Assembly (NCBI GenBank): GCA_965205505.1
Contig: CBDBHB010000008.1
Coordinates: forward strand, 1,024,001-1,088,000
DNA from: Acidobacteriota bacterium
GTDB taxonomy: Bacteria > Acidobacteriota > UBA890 > WLXD01
Length of the DNA: 64,000 nt
Direction: 5' to 3'
Made by a program: the position numbers and the translations under genes
In this document: one piece after another, positions 59,872-64,000 of the stretch
Layout: every line of letters starts with the position of its first letter
How positions within the stretch are numbered: the stretch's first letter is position 1
The notes under the pieces: model-generated
Told to the model about the DNA's origin: nothing
The model's input: only the letters and a program-made list of their open reading frames with translations
Databases searched by the model: none

Positions 59872-59900
59872 CGCTTCCCCCGCACGCGCGGGGATGGACC
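59872..59900 (+). CRISPR. Solitary type I-E-like CRISPR repeat unit (not an array)
   Basis: CGCTTCCCCCGCACGCGCGGGGATGGACC: 29 nt, CCCCGC-ACGC-GCGGGG stem and ATGGACC handle, the typical I-E pattern. Confidence 0.75.
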
Positions 59901-60120
59901 TGGTGTGTGACCACAGTCCCCCTGACCTGCCCCTCGTCAAGCTGTGAGCCCTTGATCTGTTCCGCGGCGGGATATCGCCAAATCGCTTTCAGCGAATCGA
60001 ATCGTTCCAACAGCCCATCGTGGCACTCGCTGGGAATCACGATCGCCCCGACAAAGGAGAGCGCGTTGCGACTGGCCGAGAGGATTCGCAAAACACCTGA
60101 TTCGTCCGGGATACGTGCAT
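59901..60120 (-). pseudogene. DUF3800-like N-terminal remnant
   Basis: ATG CAC GTA, 1-nt frameshift, then DESG...SFVGAIVIP...QIKGSQL; breaks off at the repeat pair. Confidence 0.5.
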
Positions 60121-60534
60121 CGTACAAATACTGGAGCACCCGCTCGGGGGGTCGCGCGGGATCAGCTGCGGCCGCCGCGGCCCGCGGGTGAATCTGGCTG
60201 AAGCTCCACCGATGACGCCCTGGTTTGGCCGCCTTGCTTCACAAGGTACTCACTACCGGCGGTGGTGATTTCCAGGCAGCGCTCTTTGTGGATGTACCTG
60301 ATGAGCCCCTGCGTGATGGACATCCCCGGACCAACCCGGCGGGATACTTGCTCGATGAATGCGCGGCTCCCGCACCTTGGCATATCGTAAGTTCAGCCAA
60401 CGCATCGTGTCCCTGTCCTGATCGCGTCTCGTCCTATACCCTTCGCGTCTGCAAAACGTCCGTGGGATCCGTGGGCTTGCTACGACACGCCACGAAGACC
60501 GGCCTGCTTCGCGCGTGGTGCGCTTTTCGCTTGT

Positions 60535-61041
60535 TTATTGATCTTGTTCGGCGGTTCGAGGCATCCGCATCACTGGAGCGACGAATTGGGGCAATTGAGC
60601 TCGGTTCGTGATGCTCGTAAGAAACTCACGCCAGTAGGGCCAAGCATTGAACAGAGCATTCCAGTGTGCGAACTGGTTCGCGTCCTCCGAACTCAACGGA
60701 TCGTCACCCTTGACTTCGTAGAGAACTCGGAAGCCTGCTCCGACGCGATAAGGAGGGTCTTCTTCGTCATCAAACAGAGTCACGAACGATAGGATGCATC
60801 CCAGCAGTGTTGTGTCTTCGGCGACGTTCCATTCCACGTTAACTCCGATCTCCGGGGTGGCTTCGGGTAGGGCTACCTCAGCGATCACGGCGTTATCGCT
60901 ACGATCGAAAAAAGCGCCGAGCAACTCGACGTTGAGAATCTCCACGCGGGCAGCTACGCGCCCCACCGCTTCAGCGTCGTACTCGGGCACTTCGGGCACG
61001 TCTGTGCCGTTCTCAACGGTCTTGTTCGACTGCGCGCTCAT
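60535..61041 (-). CDS. SecB-like chaperone (TAC system)
   Basis: Acidic 168 aa; F.VLY.V, F...NA..NAWPYWREFL.S.T.R..LP...P SecB-like motif; ATGA overlap with the antitoxin stop. Confidence 0.8.
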   Translation of the reverse strand: MSAQSNKTVENGTDVPEVPEYDAEAVGRVAARVEILNVELLGAFFDRSDNAVIAEVALPEATPEIGVNVEWNVAEDTTLLGCILSFVTLFDDEEDPPYRVGAGFRVLYEVKGDDPLSSEDANQFAHWNALFNAWPYWREFLTSITNRAQLPQFVAPVMRMPRTAEQDQ

Positions 61042-61484
61042 GCTGCTCTCGAGATCGGCGTCCCATCGACAACACGAAGGGCGGGTGTGGTCCGCCACCT
61101 CGGCGCTGTCCTTGGCATCTTGAACTCGTGGAATCGATAGCCTGGCCGGGGGCGGAGTCGCGAGAGCCAAGCTGGAGCCGGAGGATCGTTGAGTGCAGGT
61201 GTTCCCGTACGATCCCGCACTGGAACCGGGTCCAGTTCGAACCGCAGACCCATCGCCCAACCCAAGGCGGCCAACGACCGCAGCGTCAGGTTTTCGCTAC
61301 CGCTCAGGATCTGACTGACTCGGCTCTCGGACACATCCAAGCGCTTGGCGAGTTCGCGTTGCGACAATCCGAGGGAGTCGCGTAGCGCGATCAAGGTGTC
61401 GATTGCCTCGTTGACGACGACCTGCTCTTCATAGGCTCGTCGGACCACTGGGTTTGTTAGCGCACTGCTCGGCAGGTTGGTCAA
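61038..61484 (-). CDS. XRE/HigA-like HTH antitoxin with C-terminal ChAD-like tail
   Basis: LGLSQRELAKRLDVSESRVSQILSG.ENLTLRSL; about 55-aa disordered tail ending RAA; TTGA overlap with the toxin stop. Confidence 0.85.
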   Translation of the reverse strand: MTNLPSSALTNPVVRRAYEEQVVVNEAIDTLIALRDSLGLSQRELAKRLDVSESRVSQILSGSENLTLRSLAALGWAMGLRFELDPVPVRDRTGTPALNDPPAPAWLSRLRPRPGYRFHEFKMPRTAPRWRTTPALRVVDGTPISRAA

Positions 61485-61918
61485 CGCTTCTCCTCCGCTG
61501 TGGCTTCGCGCCAGGCGCTCGTGATCGAGTCGCCCTGTTCAATCTCTTGCTTCTTCAGTTTGTTCTTGGTCTTCGTGAACCCGCACGCCAACCACACCGT
61601 CTGGTGATCTCGAAAGCCCAGCGCCCGGAGGTGGGGAGGCGTGGAGCCCGGTTTGGTCACCTTCAGTTCGTGCAAGCGATGTTTGGATGTCGGTATGGTC
61701 TCCCAACGACCGGCAGGCGGACGTGCGGACCGGAAAGAGGTCTCTAGCACCTTGCAGGCGGCCAAGAACTGCCCGGTACCTTTCTCGCCCAGTTCGGTGT
61801 CATGCCAGTCTTTCGCAGGCATCGAACCGTTTGGCAAGCGCATCGCTCTCACGGTGAGCCAGTCCCCATCGAAGAGAACATCGTCGTCTGGCTCTCCGAT
61901 CCCGGATACTTTAGCCAT
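61481..61918 (-). CDS. RelE/HigB (Gp49-like) toxin
   Basis: NGSMPAKDW, LHELKV....LRALGF....WLACGFTKTKNK...EIE pattern; first gene of a toxin-HTH-SecB operon. Confidence 0.8.
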   Translation of the reverse strand: MAKVSGIGEPDDDVLFDGDWLTVRAMRLPNGSMPAKDWHDTELGEKGTGQFLAACKVLETSFRSARPPAGRWETIPTSKHRLHELKVTKPGSTPPHLRALGFRDHQTVWLACGFTKTKNKLKKQEIEQGDSITSAWREATAEEKR

Positions 61919-62012
61919 AGATTAAGTCCCAAATCAAGGCGAGAATACCATTCCCCTCGTGCTGCTAGCGCAATCGGACGACCCCTTAGGCGACATCGGA
62001 CGTTACCTCGGC

Positions 62013-62132
62013 GACATGGAAGACGATGAGGAATCGGGGGTCTCCGAACCGTACTCGTTGCAGCAGTGTGCCGAGGCCCTTTCTATGCCGTTGGAGCGCC
62101 TGCAGTAATGGGTGGCGGCGATTCACCGGAAG
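62013..62132 (+). pseudogene. Possible McrB-like pre-AAA linker remnant
   Basis: EPYSLQQCAEALSMPLERLQ*WVAAIHRK with an internal TAA; resembles the segment just before the McrB Walker A. Confidence 0.35.
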
Positions 62133-62456
62133 CCAGGGGCCGCGCCCCCCGTGTCATTCACGCTTGCCCTCTCCTGTGGTTGACTTCGCTAGCAAAAAGA
62201 AATCGTTCCTCGCTCTAGCAACGGTGACGTGCTGGTGCGGTTGCGGATGCGATACAGGGAACCGGTCGCTCCTCTTGCCAGCCCACTTCCAAGCACCAGC
62301 GACTCTTCTGTACGACATGAGGAATGCTCTCCCTCCGGGTTGCCGGTCAATGACTTGCTCCGACCTCTGATCCCTGTAACGGCCCGACGGATTCCTTGCC
62401 ACGGGCGATGCCTCAGGGCTCTATCTCTTGAGCTTCGCGGCAGGTTCGATGGTTTG

Positions 62457-63380
62457 CTAATCGTCAGCGGGCGAAGCCATCGCCGAGCTCTCCCGCAGCT
62501 GGATCCATTCGTTGCGGAGCTCTCGGAGCGGCGTCCCGTCGAGCCGAGGGACACGCCACGCCTGCCAGCCGTCGCAGGCTACGACGTTCGCAGCTTCCTT
62601 CGCAGCACGGGACGGCGATGAGAAGCTTCTGCCGGCCTCCAGCTCGATGGAACCGTTTCTTAGAACGGTGGCGGTGTAGGACTCGCCCAGTCGTGGGCGG
62701 TCCCATCGAAGCTGCTCTCCCACTTCGATGAGAACTGCATCCAGTAGATCCGCCATCCGGACGCGTCTTCCTCTAATCTTTAAGTGTGCAACACCCTGCT
62801 CCGCAGCGGCGGCCCCGAGTTCGGGCTCGTAATCACTGCCCACGTCAAGGAAGCGTCTGCCCGCCCGGTCCTCGTAGATCGCGACGGTAATCACCTCAAC
62901 GGGCACGCCGTTCTCGCGCAGGAAATCCAGCGCCGATTCTGTGCGTCCATGAAAGTCCCCGGCCACAAGGACAAGGCTGGGAGTCTTACTCAGCGTCAAT
63001 GGGGTAGCGGACTCAGTGAATTCCTGCCAGTCCGTGAAGAAAGCTTTCGGGCCACCCTGATATAGGTCCGACAACTCGTCGAGACTCGTGGTCCGCGCCC
63101 AGCCTGCGTACTCCAGACATTGGGCGAGTTGTCGTCGATCGAGATCCCGCTTGACCTCGATCACGACTACGTCTGCCTTCTGGTTGAGCGCAACGACGTC
63201 CGGGCGACCGCCGTTCGTGAGACTGGCCTGTCGAGCCACCGGAAACAGTGTGTCGCCGGTGAACTCATCGAGGTTCGCCCAGAGAAGGTCCTCGATCAGG
63301 CTCTCGTACAGTTCACGCCCGCCGCGCAGCTGCCGGAACGGCACGAGCTCCTTGTTATTGTCGATCTCAAACAGCGGCAT
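62457..63380 (-). CDS. NucS-like endonuclease fused to a RAMA modified-DNA reader domain
   Basis: E..IEDL, RPDVVAL....VVVIEVKR, Q.LEYAGW; C-terminal DLLDA.LI..GE.L.W....YTATV..NG.I....SFSSPS.AA......DGW..W. Confidence 0.82.
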   Translation of the reverse strand: MPLFEIDNNKELVPFRQLRGGRELYESLIEDLLWANLDEFTGDTLFPVARQASLTNGGRPDVVALNQKADVVVIEVKRDLDRRQLAQCLEYAGWARTTSLDELSDLYQGGPKAFFTDWQEFTESATPLTLSKTPSLVLVAGDFHGRTESALDFLRENGVPVEVITVAIYEDRAGRRFLDVGSDYEPELGAAAAEQGVAHLKIRGRRVRMADLLDAVLIEVGEQLRWDRPRLGESYTATVLRNGSIELEAGRSFSSPSRAAKEAANVVACDGWQAWRVPRLDGTPLRELRNEWIQLRESSAMASPADD

Positions 63381-63894
63381 GGCGAACCTGTTGTTCGGAG
63401 TGGCTGGGCACGCAATGATCTGTACCGGGGGTTTCGAGAGGCCATCTTAGTTGACTCGGGTGGTGAGGTTCGGACCTGTGTCACGGCCCTCCACGTAAGT
63501 TCTCGGCGATCCTGAGGCCTCCGTTGCCGCACGTCGTCACTCGTGAGCTGACACGGGCATCGTTCGCCAGCCCGGAGCATACGTCTCGCTGGGGGCAGCG
63601 CGGCGCCGACCCTAGAGCACCCCACGGAGGGGCTGCAACGCGATCCACCCGGCGCGAGGCCCCGCCATCGTGCTGATTGAACTGGCTCAGCGACCGGCGG
63701 GCACCCACGAGGCTCCGTAGAGCGTTTCTAACGGCCGGCAAGGGCAGTGCCTGGGCCATCCATGCAGAGAACGCACAGGCCCGACGTTGAGCACCGGTCT
63801 GGCACCGGAGGTGGCCGGTGAGCCCACGGCAGAGACAGTTTCTAGCGGCAGGTCCGATGCGCTGGGAGCAACCTCCGCCCGGCGGCGCCGCTCT

Positions 63895-63913
63895 TGTTAC
63901 CTCAGTGTTACCT
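63895..63913. repeat. Direct repeat TGTTACCT, two copies with 11-bp period
   Basis: Copies at 63895-63902 and 63906-63913. Confidence 0.7.
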
Positions 63914-63945
63914 AACGAGCCATTCGGCCTCCGAACAAACGGACA

Positions 63946-63977
63946 GGGGATTCGGCTTCGTTCGCCAAATCCCCTTT
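63946..63977 (+). terminator. Terminator-like hairpin
   Basis: GGGGATTCGGC / GCCAAATCCCC stem with one mismatch, followed by a short T run. Confidence 0.45.
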
Positions 63978-64000
63978 CATATCAACGGCTTGCGGAAAGT

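Noticed and set aside
59780-59990. A conventional CRISPR array
   Set aside because: Only one copy of each repeat type, 6 nt apart; no repeat at spacer distance on either side and no cas genes.
59546-60139. Intact 197-aa protein
   Set aside because: A chimera of a DUF3800-like fragment, the antisense CRISPR-like repeats (VHPRACGG is the typical translated repeat) and antisense of the nuclease gene.
62154-62402. Small gene downstream of the RAMA nuclease
   Set aside because: No recognisable motif or convincing RBS; cannot be supported.
1-64000. tRNA-Sec, sel genes, pqq biosynthesis genes, rRNA
   Set aside because: None recognised in the window, so the Sec and PQQ inferences depend on loci elsewhere.

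Overview
GC-rich bacterial window. The gene repertoire (DUF1592/DUF1552 module, many PQQ-type propellers, DUF5916 proteins, Hanks-kinase debris) suggests Acidobacteriota or a similar lineage, possibly host-associated; this is inference only. From 1 to 57 kb it is a mosaic of mostly exported catabolic and redox enzymes (two paralogous quinohaemoprotein dehydrogenases, other PQQ enzymes, GMC oxidoreductase, ThDP enzyme, D-aminoacylase, PhoD, DEAD-box helicase, APC permease, two DUF5916 paralogues) with many gene remnants in between. From 57 to 64 kb there is a defective IS3-family element and then a defence-island-like block: two NucS-like PD-(D/E)xK nucleases (one with a RAMA domain), a RelE/HigB-HTH-SecB toxin-antitoxin-chaperone operon, and DUF3800 and McrB-like remnants, ending in what looks like an integrative-element boundary. 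Main points missed by the ORF track: (1) two genes split at an in-frame TGA that read as selenoproteins, each followed by a SECIS-like hairpin (a UxxC redoxin-DsbD_N lipoprotein at 27531-28766 and a UGSC protein at 36694-37230); (2) two different solitary CRISPR-repeat-like units (I-C-like and I-E-like) 6 nt apart at 59829-59900, with no cas genes in the window; (3) a PhoD with an inserted animal-type fibronectin type II module; (4) an exported MIO-less (ergothionase-like) ammonia-lyase; (5) a sugar dehydrogenase fused to a cytochrome cL/XoxG-like domain. All family calls are by-eye motif recognition; no searches were run. No rRNA, tRNA or true CRISPR array was seen.
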